The notes below the pieces were generated by a model. The model had not been told where the DNA came from, searched no databases, and saw only the letters and a program-made list of their open reading frames with translations. Positions 53,388 through 64,000 of a stretch of DNA of 64,000 nucleotides are shown one piece after another. Where the stretch lies: NCBI RefSeq assembly GCF_037042905.1, contig NC_087250.1, positions 20,462,001 to 20,526,000 of the forward strand. Direction: 5' to 3'. The number at the start of each line of letters is the position of its first letter. The first letter of the stretch is position 1. The translations under genes were made by a program, and so were the position numbers. The stretch comes from Lytechinus pictus (lineage: Eukaryota).

Positions 53388-54494
53388 TTAAAGATCCAGA
53401 CCGGACCCGAAAATGAAATTGATAAATTATATACCAATCGAAAGCTTATAAGCTACTAAATACACCAAGGTATGCTTTATGCATTTTCACCGCTTCCCAG
53501 CTGAGTATTTTGCTTAAGAATATTCCAATTATCGGGTTTCGAACCCCGCTTAGAAAATAGGCTTTATTGTGCTTTTCACCTGCCTCGAGACCGTGACGTC
53601 ACGTTGTGTAAGAAGCGTCGTGATTCCATAGGTTTGTACACAGAAAAACTGGGTGATTTTTTTGCTTTCCAGATAACGCATTTCATTCTCTTCACTTCTA
53701 TCACAGAGGGATATCACATATATTTTTACCCACAAGCTTGAATTTATGAAATCTGCAGTTTTGAACTAGTTTTTGCCATATTTTATTTCCTGCTTATTTG
53801 GCGCAGATTTCAATTCTATCTGCATTTAGATTATGTATAACAACTTTTCCTGACAATTTAGGCCCAATAAGAGCCAAACAAAGAAATCACAAAAAAGGTA
53901 GTGAATAGTTGTAGGTTTACAACAATTTGAACAGTGAATAATTTTGAGTGCCATTTTCATCTGAAAACGAAAAAAAAAATGGATTCATAACATGGAAATG
54001 GAAGAAAATACCCAATGCTTTTGTACACAAACCTATGGAATCACAACCCTCCTGACACAACGTGACGTCATCATTTCCAGGCGACGTGGGGGTGCTCAAT
54101 CGAAGCGTACTTTGGAGGAGCAGTTTCTTTGATTTTTATTTAATATTTTTAACTATTGGAAGGAGATATATGTAATATTTTGGGTATATTCGTATTGTAT
54201 GAATCATATCCCAATCAACTTTTGAGTCTTACCTGAAGACTTTTCTGTTCCCCACTCCAACATTATTGCAAGAATAACTCAATTGTAGCATTACTAGGAC
54301 AGTACTTGAACTGAATGATGATCCTAAGCACTGTTTGAAGACATTGAAATTTGTGAGATATTTCCTATTTTTGAGCAAGCGCCATGAGCGCCCAGCTGAG
54401 GCGGATACCGGCGCTATACAAGAACCCATCATCACCCATCATCATTACCTTTATTTTGATATATGATTGTTTTTACACCGGTCAGGGTCTTTAA
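53388..54494. mobile_element. Kolobok-like element inserted at the centre of a short palindrome
   Basis: TTAAAGATCCAGACCGG...CCGGTCAGGGTCTTTAA. The flanks 53344-53384 and 54491-54531 are inverted copies of each other. Confidence 0.6.
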
Positions 54495-55551
54495 GGGAAG
54501 ATTCATGATATTTATTGGCCGATGCAAGTATTTATGTGCTCGCCTTTGAGACACTCTTGTTCACTGTTGCTTGAGGCACCCTACTTAAAAAAAAACATAC
54601 CATCAGAAAGAGCATCAAATTTCCTATAAGACACTTTATGGACAATTTTTTTTAATCAAGATGAATTTGTAGACCTACAGTGTAACAGCTCTCGGAAGCT
54701 CAAAATATAGATTTGTTTGTGTCTCATCTTTTAGATACAGTCTTGTTTTTTGCCGCCATGTACTATTTTTTTTTCATAAAATGTTACATTCCTGTCACTC
54801 TGAAGGTTATTTCTCTTCAAATCCACCAAGAAATATGATATATATTTTTTTCAGATAAGAAAAACATTTTTTCTCGTCAGACACCCGCATCAACAGGATC
54901 AAGACATCATGACCATTGGCTTTCTTCAACTTTTAATTCAAGTCTCAATTTTTACCTTGGATCTTTAGACTAAATCCACCTTATATTGATAAAGTAACCA
55001 CAAATCCTCTAAAATATGCTCCATTAACTGATAGAGTAATAATATCATGAATTATGCACGTCCAGAGTGGTGAATTGAGTATTAAATTGTATGTTGCTGA
55101 TTCGAAACATCCATTTAGCATGTACAGCCCATGCGCACACTCATGCATCGATCGTACTTTGACTCATCTATATCCATGTTGTCATTGAAGCCTTTCCTTG
55201 CGATGATATCTACTACTTTTAACATGCCCCCTCTTATTTTGATAACAATTATTACCCCCACCTTTATAATGGTATGAGCGCAAGGCTGCAAGCAATGTAT
55301 GTTAAACTTCATTTTTGTTACCAAGTATTGTTACCTTGCTTTGACAGATTGAGACATAGTACAGTGTAGATTGTTGATTCAGGGCAACGCTTATTGTTCA
55401 CCTAGTTTTGTTCGTCCTTTGCCCTGTCTTACAAAAAGTTACAATTGATCTGATCAACCTCAAGTATATGGAAATCCATCAATGTCATCATTTTTTCTTT
55501 AGGAAATTTGTGCAATGTCCCTTAAAAACAAAGAGGAACATACTGAACTGT

Positions 55552-55844
55552 AGAGATTTGAGAGTAGAGTATTCTTTCTTGAAAGTAGTCCTGAAAAGGA
55601 CTGTAAACCAGGAAAGATTGATGAGTTGAGATTGATGAGTTGAGACTCTCCTCATCAATCTTTCCTGGTTTACAGTCCTTTTCAGGACTACTTTCAAGAA
55701 AGAATACTCTACTCTCAAATCTCCACTTTCTCGCCTATCCATTTCTTCTCTTCTCCTATCCACTGTTTCTACAACACTTCACATGGTGTACCGTAAACCA
55801 CATCAGCGATTGTACATACCACCATGCAAACCTTCAAACAACAT
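55552..55844. mobile_element. 293-bp retro-type insertion with perfect 73-bp foldback (Penelope-like remnant, tentative)
   Basis: 13-bp duplication CATACTGAACTGT (55539-55551, 55845-55857). 55553-55625 is the exact reverse complement of 55651-55723. It interrupts a MITE whose intact relative is at ~62580-62858. Confidence 0.6.
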
Positions 55845-56192
55845 CATACTGAACTGTCAAGAAAACGAATGAATGAATAAATATACATCATATCTAGAAA
55901 ATATTTTGAAGAAAGATGCATTTTAGATGTTGACGTTGCTGGCTTTCCATACATGTAGTTGTGGCTGATCAGATTAATCATAACTCTTTGAAAGACGGAA
56001 CCCTGATCTTGTTTTCTTCAAGTAAATTCTCATCACCAATTCCACCCTCATTCATACCTTAATTCCTTTGTGAATAGTTTCCATTTTGTTATTTTTTTCA
56101 GAGAGACACGCACAAGCACAAGAAATTGGTCTTTTCAATAATTATCATTCGGAGGAATTCTGGGTGTTGTTACCCAAGGTCAAAGGTCAACG

Positions 56193-59100
56193 ATGCCTGA
56201 GTTGATTCCCAATGTGGTGACGATCTCTGAGGCCGATGAGCCGGCCGAGAAGACGGACGCGCCGGCCTCCAAGCCGATGGTCGGGATCATCTACCCTCCA
56301 CCCGAAGTTAGAAGTATCCTTAAATATAAATTCTATTTGTGTTAAAAATAGAAAGAATGGATTCTAACAGACCCCAACAAAAGCTGAGGAAATGATAACC
56401 AAATTTTCTCAAGCTATGCTGTTATAAACTTCTGTACATGTAGCCATGATGACAGATGGTCTGATTAATTCAAACTGCTGACATACCCGCTAATTATTTT
56501 CCTGTTTTTTTGGGGAAAAAAATTTTGGGAAAAAATTTCCATTTAAAATTTTGTGCAAAGTACATAATGTACATGTACTATATTGAACAGGAAATTAAGA
56601 ATTTTCTTAGTTCTGGATATTACCTTGATATTTGTTCCTGTTTCTTGTGTCTTAGAGTTTACAGGTACATGTGCTGGGTTTATGTTTGTTGGTCTGTATA
56701 CAAAGTGCTTTGCAGTGACACAACAAGTTGGATGGGGAGGAGGTGGGGGCAATATACTAGCAAAACTGCCTCAAACTTTGTGGTAGATAGGTGTTGGGAA
56801 ATTTGTATCCTATGTAACCAGGAGCCCGTTTCATAAAGAGTCACAACTGTTGTAACTTTGCCATTATGGCAACTACCATGGAAACCTCAATTGTTATTTT
56901 GATTGGCTGCTGAGCCCTGTTACCATGGTAGTAGTCATAATAGCAAACTTACAATAGTTGTACCGGTACATGGAACTCTTTATAAAACATTCTCAAGAAC
57001 TGAACCTTATACTGAACAACATTTAACTACATTTTTCCAACTTTCAAACTTTTATCAAAATTGTGTTCAGAATGTAGAAGGGGTCAGGTAAGTTTTCTTC
57101 TAATGAGTTGAAAATTTTGCAGTACCTTTGAGTGTTCAGATATTCTTTCAATGCTTCATTATTAAACATTGGATTCATATTGATTAACGTTTTATGGTCT
57201 AATGTGTATTTATACACATTGTAATATTACTAATGTTCACACTTTCAGCGTACCATGTTTTATGAGAGTCATAGTTGTCCTTCCTGAACGCGCTGCTCAG
57301 ATATTGTGGATAAAACTGCCAGTTTTGTTGCCAGGAATGGTAAGTTACTTATTTGCATACATCAAATTACAATGAACATTTAATAGGGAAGTTTGGTATT
57401 GAAAATTCAAATTTCTAACTTGAACCAAGTAAATAAGATCATCATGTACACTATAATATGTCTTTTTTGTGTTAGTGATGTTCAGACTTGTCAGTTTTTC
57501 GTTAATGTATCAGATCTAGATCTATAATAATGTGGTGACATTTAACCATGATGTTTAAGACTTTCTCACAAAATGCTTGTTTACTGCAACTACATTCTTT
57601 TACTGTTAAACCAGAATTCTTACGCAGGCCTAATAATACATGTTTAATTGTTCTCCTTCCACTTTGACTCCAGGGCCTGAGTTTGAGTCAAGGATTCGTC
57701 AGAACGAGATCTCCAACGCCAAGTTCAATTTCTTGAATCCTGGTGATCCCTACCATGCCTACTACAGACATAAAGTCAAGGAGTTCCAAGAAGGGAAGGC
57801 TGTTGAGCCATCCGGGGCTATGCCTCTCAAGGTAAGAGGGTCGGTCTATTTTCATTTGGTTCAATGCCAATTCGTCCAATTACCAACTCCTTTACTACCA
57901 TTTGGTCTACCATCAGTTCGTCAAATATCCGCCAGGGCCCTGTCCACGGAGGATTAATCTATTGTTACTGGGGGTGCTGAGCATTGTCACACAGCACTCC
58001 AAGTAACAATAGATAATCTTCCGTGGCCAGGTCCATGATATCCACATGGTCTAATTGCCATTTCGTCCAATAACCAGTTGGTTCGATAGCCATTTAGTCC
58101 ATATACCATTTGGTCTAATTAGACTAAGTGCTAATTGGGCAAAATGAATGAAAATAAAATAGATATTAGACCAACTGGTTATGAGACGAAATGGTCATAG
58201 ACAAAGTGATGATTGGACCAAATGGTTTTTAGATGAAATGTTGATGGATGGAAGGGCATTAGACTTTAAAGTAGACCATTCACTGGTGACTGTAATGCCC
58301 AGCGCTCACTATGCTACGTTTATAAATTTTGGCTAAAAACACTTTGCATTGGATTTGTACACAAATTCACGTTTTTTAGTAATTTTTGGTCTGCATGCAT
58401 GTACAAAATGTTGCATAATTTTCGAACCGTGTACCCGGGGTCACAATTTTGGTCTCATAAGTTGCGCGAGACTTGAAAGTAAAAAGTCGGTGAGCAACCC
58501 GGTCAAAAAATTTGTGCGGTGCATTTATCGCAAAAAATGTCTTATTTATTAGGGTTAAACCAGGGTAATAACCAAAGTCTCTTTGGAAGACCATTGAGAC
58601 GGTAGATGCAAGGTTTACGTTGATGTGAACTACAAGCTTACTGATTGGCTGCTACCAATATAGAAAACAATGTCAAAGGTCAATATAGATACTCGATAGC
58701 ATGGTCAAGTTGGTTTGTTGCAAAGTAAAGGTTAGTTTTTAATTTTGTTTCCAATAAAAATTTAGATTTTTTTGTTTTGTTTCTTATTTTCTTTCTGCAG
58801 CTCCAGCTACAGTTGACCGCAAGCCAACCGAAGCCCACCCTCTTAGTGGAACCAATCGTACCTAAAGAACCTCCTCCAGAATTTGAATTTGTGGCCGATC
58901 CGCCCTCCATCAACGCGTTTGACCTGTAAGCATACAGTACGAACTGCTATACTTTGGCAAAGGGAAGCAAGTTACAAAAGTAAAATTTGTTGTGTGTTTG
59001 TCATTTACATAGGCATCAAGGCAATTTAACAGCATATTTTCTTCAATATTTTTCCATAGAACGGTAATTTCTTCCCCAAAATTGCCTGAATGTGCAACAT

Positions 59101-62100
59101 ACAAAGGGTATTTCAGAAACAACAATAACTCAAATTTTACTGATGTGTCACTTGCTTCCTTTTGCCAAAGATGGGCAATTATACCTTTATTTGTTGACTG
59201 CTATAAAATACATGTTCCCAAGAATTTGAATTTATGCTAGATACGCCCTCTACCACTGCGTTTGACCTGTAAACATGCTATGCCTTTATTTGTTGGTTAA
59301 TATAAATATTTACATGTTTCCAAGAATGTTAATCTGTGGCCGATCCTCCATCCATTAATGCGTTTGACCTTTAAGCATACAGTACTATGCCTGTACCTGT
59401 TGGTGAAATAAATGTTCCCAAGAATTTGAATTTATGGTAGATCTACCATCCATTAATGCGTTTTATTTAAATAAGCATTATATAGGTGGGGGCTCTTTCA
59501 CAAAGATTTAAGTGTGACTTGGTGTCGCACTTAAAATGCCAACATGCACATGATATGAGACACGCAATCTTATTGATCAATATGTAGTAGTGCGCGTCCT
59601 CTTGGCATGATCTGACCAATGCGGTCACGCCTATAACGCATGCAACTGGGCCTTTAAGTGCAACTCAGGCATACTTAAAGTTGTGTGAAAAAAACCCTGG
59701 TTTATAGAAATACTGTCAGTAATGTTCATTGAAGGACGTTGTGAAACTGACCATCCAGTTTGTAATTTGAGGATTACTGTGAATATTAGTTAATTCCATT
59801 TTTTTCTTTGACCAGGGATGTTGTGAAGCAGACTGCTCAAAATTTAATTTGATGATTACTGAGCAGGGGCCCGTTGCAGAAAGAGTCGCGTTTAAACGCA
59901 ACTAAAAGAAATCAATTGCAAGTCCAAAATGCGCGCTGTTGATTGGTTGAAAATAAAGTTGCGCGTGAATTTTAGAGTTGCGTTTGATTGCAACTCTTTC
60001 TGCAACGGGCCCCTGATCAGCTAATGCCACTATATTTTCTTGTCATTTTCTTTTGGACAGGGACATTGTGAAACTGACTGCTCAGTTTATAATTTGAAGA
60101 TTTCTGAGAAAAGTAGTTCATATCATTTTTTTTCTTTGACCAGGGATGTTGTAAAACTGACCGCTCAGTTTGTTGCCCGGAATGGCGGTCAGTTCTTGAC
60201 CAACCTTATGAACAGAGAACAGAGGAATTACATCTTTGACTTTCTCAGACCTCAGCACAGCATGTTTAATTACTTCACTAAACTTGTTGAACAGTACATC
60301 AAGGTGAGCAAAGATTGTTTGTATATATTCTCATTTTTATGGTTTTTTTTTGGGGGGGGGGGGGGGCTCTTTAAAAAAATTTAATGCATATATACAGCGT
60401 GCTCAAAAGTTAATGATACCCGCATGAAAATGAACATAATAATAATAATAATAATGATAGTAATACTAATAATAATGTCATATTTTACCCAGGGTAGCCA
60501 CTTCAGTTCCGAAAACTGTTCTACCAGCGAGCCCTGCTTAACATGATAATGTTATTATTACCCCGGCTTTAGCACGGCTACCTTGATCGGGCGCTCGAGC
60601 ATTCAAGGAATTTCTTCCTACCGCGTACCCATTCACCTCCCCTGGGTCGAGTGCAGCCCAGTGTGCTTATACCGGTATTGTTGAAGTTCTGCCATGTTTT
60701 AGATATTCAATCATGAACCCAGGTGATTGAATATTACTTCCAACAAAGTTTGTTTCTCTGGGCTCATCGAACATTATAGTGTTGTTTTCAACATATAACA
60801 CTCAGCATGAAGGAGCACACATTTGTGATGGGGTTCACCAAATTTTGACCCCAACCGTATATACTGATTTGTTCATAGTGCTGGGCGATATTTACATATC
60901 AAACTTATTTGATTTGAAAATATATTGAATGTTCGATTATGGTTTAATGTTTAAATATTTGGAATCAATTTCAAATTTACATGCGATAGATCAACTTAAA
61001 TTAAAGCAGATCAGTTTATATTTGTTGATGCAAGAAGCAGACCATCAATCAATTGAATGCATGACTGTCAATTGATTTTGGGAGCTTATATTAACTTGCG
61101 ATCAATTGTAAGTTCCGTGCAACATCCCTTAAGTCACACTTGACTCTCTGTGAAATACCCCCAGGTATTGATACCACCCAACGATCTGATGGGGAAACTG
61201 ACTGTGAATGTGCAATGAAATGCAATTAATTTTTAGACCTTAAACATTGTTGTGATTAATTTCAAGTTTCTTGCAACACCCCATAAGTAACATTTAACTC
61301 TTTGTGAAACTCCCCCAGGTGTTAATACCGCCCAAAGACCTGTTGGAGAAGCTGACTGAAGAGGGCGCTACACGCAAGATCGTCATGGAGCAGGTTACGC
61401 ACAGGGTAGAGTGGGAGAAACACCAAGAAAGGCTGAGGAAAAAAGATGAAGAGGAGAGGGAGAAAGAAAGAGGTACACTCTTATGATTGTTGCAAGGGTG
61501 ACGCGACATTTGCTCCTCTCTAAATTCCACACACTAATGGATGACCAACTTCAAACTTGGGTTTAACACTGCCCTACCCTAAACCTAACATAAATTCCTA
61601 TTGCGACCCTATTGCTTGAATTATCAGGCCGTAATGAAATAGTCCTGGTTCATGGGCGCAACCGTATTGTATCGTTTTGTTTGGTTTGCATCTCTTGGTT
61701 ACTCCACAGCAATATTGCTGAAGAGTAAATAAAATTTGCAAACAGAATAAAGTAGCATGTTTTACTGAATATATTTTGCTGAATGAATGGATGAAGGAAG
61801 GAAGGAAGGGAGGGAGGGAGGGATAAAATGAATGAAGGAAATAGAAGAAAAAATTAAATGAAGAAAGATAAAACGAAAATTCCCAAGCTTGGCAATCACA
61901 TAACCATAATTGATCTGCTGATTAAATATGACCTGTGATGTCACTAAGCATCTGGTTAATAACTATAATAATTATAATAATAATAATGATAATAATGATA
62001 ATAATAATAATAATAATAATAATAGTAATAATAGTAATAATAATAACGTCATGTTTTACCCAGGGTAGCCACTTCAGTTCCGAAAACTGTTTTCCCAGCG

Positions 62101-63901
62101 GGCCGTGCTTAACATGATTATGTTATCATTACCCCGGTTTTAGCATGGCTACCTTGATCGGGTGCTCAAGCATTCAAGGAATTTCTTCCTACCGGGTACC
62201 AATTCACCTCACCTGGGTCGAGTGCAGCACAATGTGGCTAAATTTCTTGTTGAAGGAAAACACGCCATGGCTGGGAATCGAACCCAAGTCCCTCAGATTG
62301 AAAGACAAGAATCTTAACCACTAGACCACGCCCCTCGGTTAATTGATTCATATGCTGTTTTGTTTTTGTTCTTGTAGTTGCATATTCACAGATTGATTGG
62401 CATGACTTTGTAGTGGTTGAGACGGTAGACTATCAACCAGACGAAGAAGGACAGTTCCCTCCTCCACTCAAACCAAGTGAGATCGGATCAAGAATTCTAG
62501 CCGAGGAGAGATACGAACAATTTGGGGTAAGATAACCTTGAAATTTTAGTTATTATTCCATTTAACCTTAAGTAGGACTGGGCCCCTTCTAGCAAAGAGT
62601 TATGATTGATCTGATCATCTTGAATTATGTGGAAATGCAACAATGTCATATTTTTTTCCTCCAGGAAATTTGCATGATTGCCTAAGTTGTAAACAAAGAG
62701 AAGCACACTGAATTTTCAAGAAAACAATGAATGTATGATTATTTATACATCACATCCAGAAAATATTTTGAACAAACCCTCATTTCAGATATTGATGTTG
62801 CTGGCTTTCCATAGTTGTGGTTGATCGGATCAATCGTAACTCTTTGTAAGACAGGGCCAGGGTTATTTCACAGCCATGGCCGCTCAAGATCTTCGCCATG
62901 TCTTTTTATGTTATTTTATTTTGTATGTTAGACATGTTTCTTTATATGCCAACGTCATTATAATCTTACTATGTGATCCGTTACAGCATGGATGTTTTGT
63001 TATGCTTACTATAAATGATAAGAATCAATAAAACATGAATTACAAAAAAATTTATTATTCATATTTTTTTTTCTCTCTCTTCCGAAGGAGGAGCTTGCTG
63101 AAGATGAGGACGTTGAGATGGAGGTCGAGGACGATGACGAAGAAGGAGATGATGATGAGGAAGAAGGCGACGAAGAAGAAGAGGACGAGGAGGGTGTGAA
63201 GGACAAAGAGAAGGAAGAAGGAAAGAAGGAGGAAGGAGGAGAAAGGGTCAAAACCACAGATCTTAATACAGAGGTTCAGGACATGGAAGAAGGGGTAAGA
63301 AGCCATTTTGTTTGTATCCATTTGAAAGCTAAGCGATAGGGTCAATTTCCTCCTTAACTAGTTTTTCAGAAGTATATACAATCGGCATTAGGCCTTTTGT
63401 TTATGTTCATTAGAAAACTATGAGATGGGGTCAATTTCTTCATAAACCAATTTTTTTTCAGATAAATGCACAATTTGCAGTTCTGCATTTAGAAAATTAG
63501 GCGATGGTGTTGATTCTTCATAAACTTGTTCTTCAGATGTATATACAATTGGCATTCCAGATATTTTGCTTGTTAGGTGATAGTGTCCATTTCTTTAAAA
63601 AAATAGAATCAGATGTATATACAAATAGAGAGGTACTAGAACTGCATAAATTCCTAAATATGACTACAAATATGTTTCATCTTAATTTTAGAAAGAAAAG
63701 TTTTCATTGAAGATATTGTTAACCTTTGACCTCTCTTGACCTTTGACCTTTAGTCCGACTCTGACATGGAGGAGAGTGATGAGGAGAAGGAGGAGTCTGC
63801 TCCTGCACCCCCTGCTCCGCCCAAGGAGGTCGCCCCCATGCTGCCACCCCTTCCCCCACAGCTGGGAGAGGCAATCATCAAGAAAGATTACAATCCAAAA
63901 A
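56193..63901 (+). CDS. SF3A1: Splicing factor 3A subunit 1 (SF3a120/Prp21), 5' part; continues beyond the window
   Basis: Exons 56193-56313, 57301-57339, 57674-57831, 58801-58925, 60144-60303, 61319-61472, 62378-62526, 63088-63294 and 63754-63901 splice in frame. They give GIIYPPPEVRNIVDKTASFVARNGPEFESRIRQNE (SURP1), DVVKLTAQFVARNG...FDFLRPQHSMFNYFTKLVEQY (SURP2), AYSQIDWHDFVVVETVD and IKKDYNPK. Confidence 0.97.
56314..57300 (+). other. U12-type (minor spliceosome) GT-AG intron in SF3A1
   Basis: 5' splice site GTATCCTT; branch-like TTCCTGAAC at 57281-57289, 11 nt before the intron end; no polypyrimidine tract. Confidence 0.85.
59863..60015. mobile_element. Palindromic MITE in an SF3A1 intron
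   Basis: CAGGGGCCCGTTGCAGAAAGAG...CTCTTTCTGCAACGGGCCCCTG. Confidence 0.8.
60436..60665 (-). mobile_element. 5'-truncated tRNA-SINE copy with (TTA)n tail
   Basis: Closely similar to the 3' part of 61958-62332. Confidence 0.75.
61958..62332 (-). mobile_element. Near full-length tRNA-derived SINE with (TTA)n tail
   Basis: The minus strand starts CGTGGTCTAGTGGTTAAG (A box)...GGTTCGATTCCC (B box), followed by a body and a (TTA)n tail. Confidence 0.85.
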
Positions 63902-64000
63902 GTGAGTTTTAACAATTCTTTCTCTATTCAATTCAATTTTCAATTCAATTCTTTATTCATTCAAATTCAAATAGGTTAAAAAATATATATGTACAATGCA

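Overview
AT-rich, intron- and transposon-rich animal genomic DNA. The repeat landscape suggests a marine invertebrate, probably a sea urchin (inference). Most ORFs in the supplied track are artefacts, so the real genes were spliced by hand. The window contains: (1) a cluster of three paralogous secreted single-IGFBP-domain genes (A 13606-15053 minus, B 26873-31630 plus, C 40563-46940 minus). They share exon phases and a 12-Cys core starting LSCxC but have unrelated C-terminal tails. Gene C also has a second, intact, tail-less terminal exon (37716-37841) that the ORF track misses. (2) The 5' part of SF3A1 (56193 to the window end), with a U12-type intron and decoy copies of its own exon junctions. 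(3) A 7.6-kb TG...CA, 4-bp-TSD, gag-only Gypsy-like insertion with only one recognisable LTR (137-7736). (4) Many nested non-autonomous DNA transposons, tRNA-derived SINEs and microsatellites.
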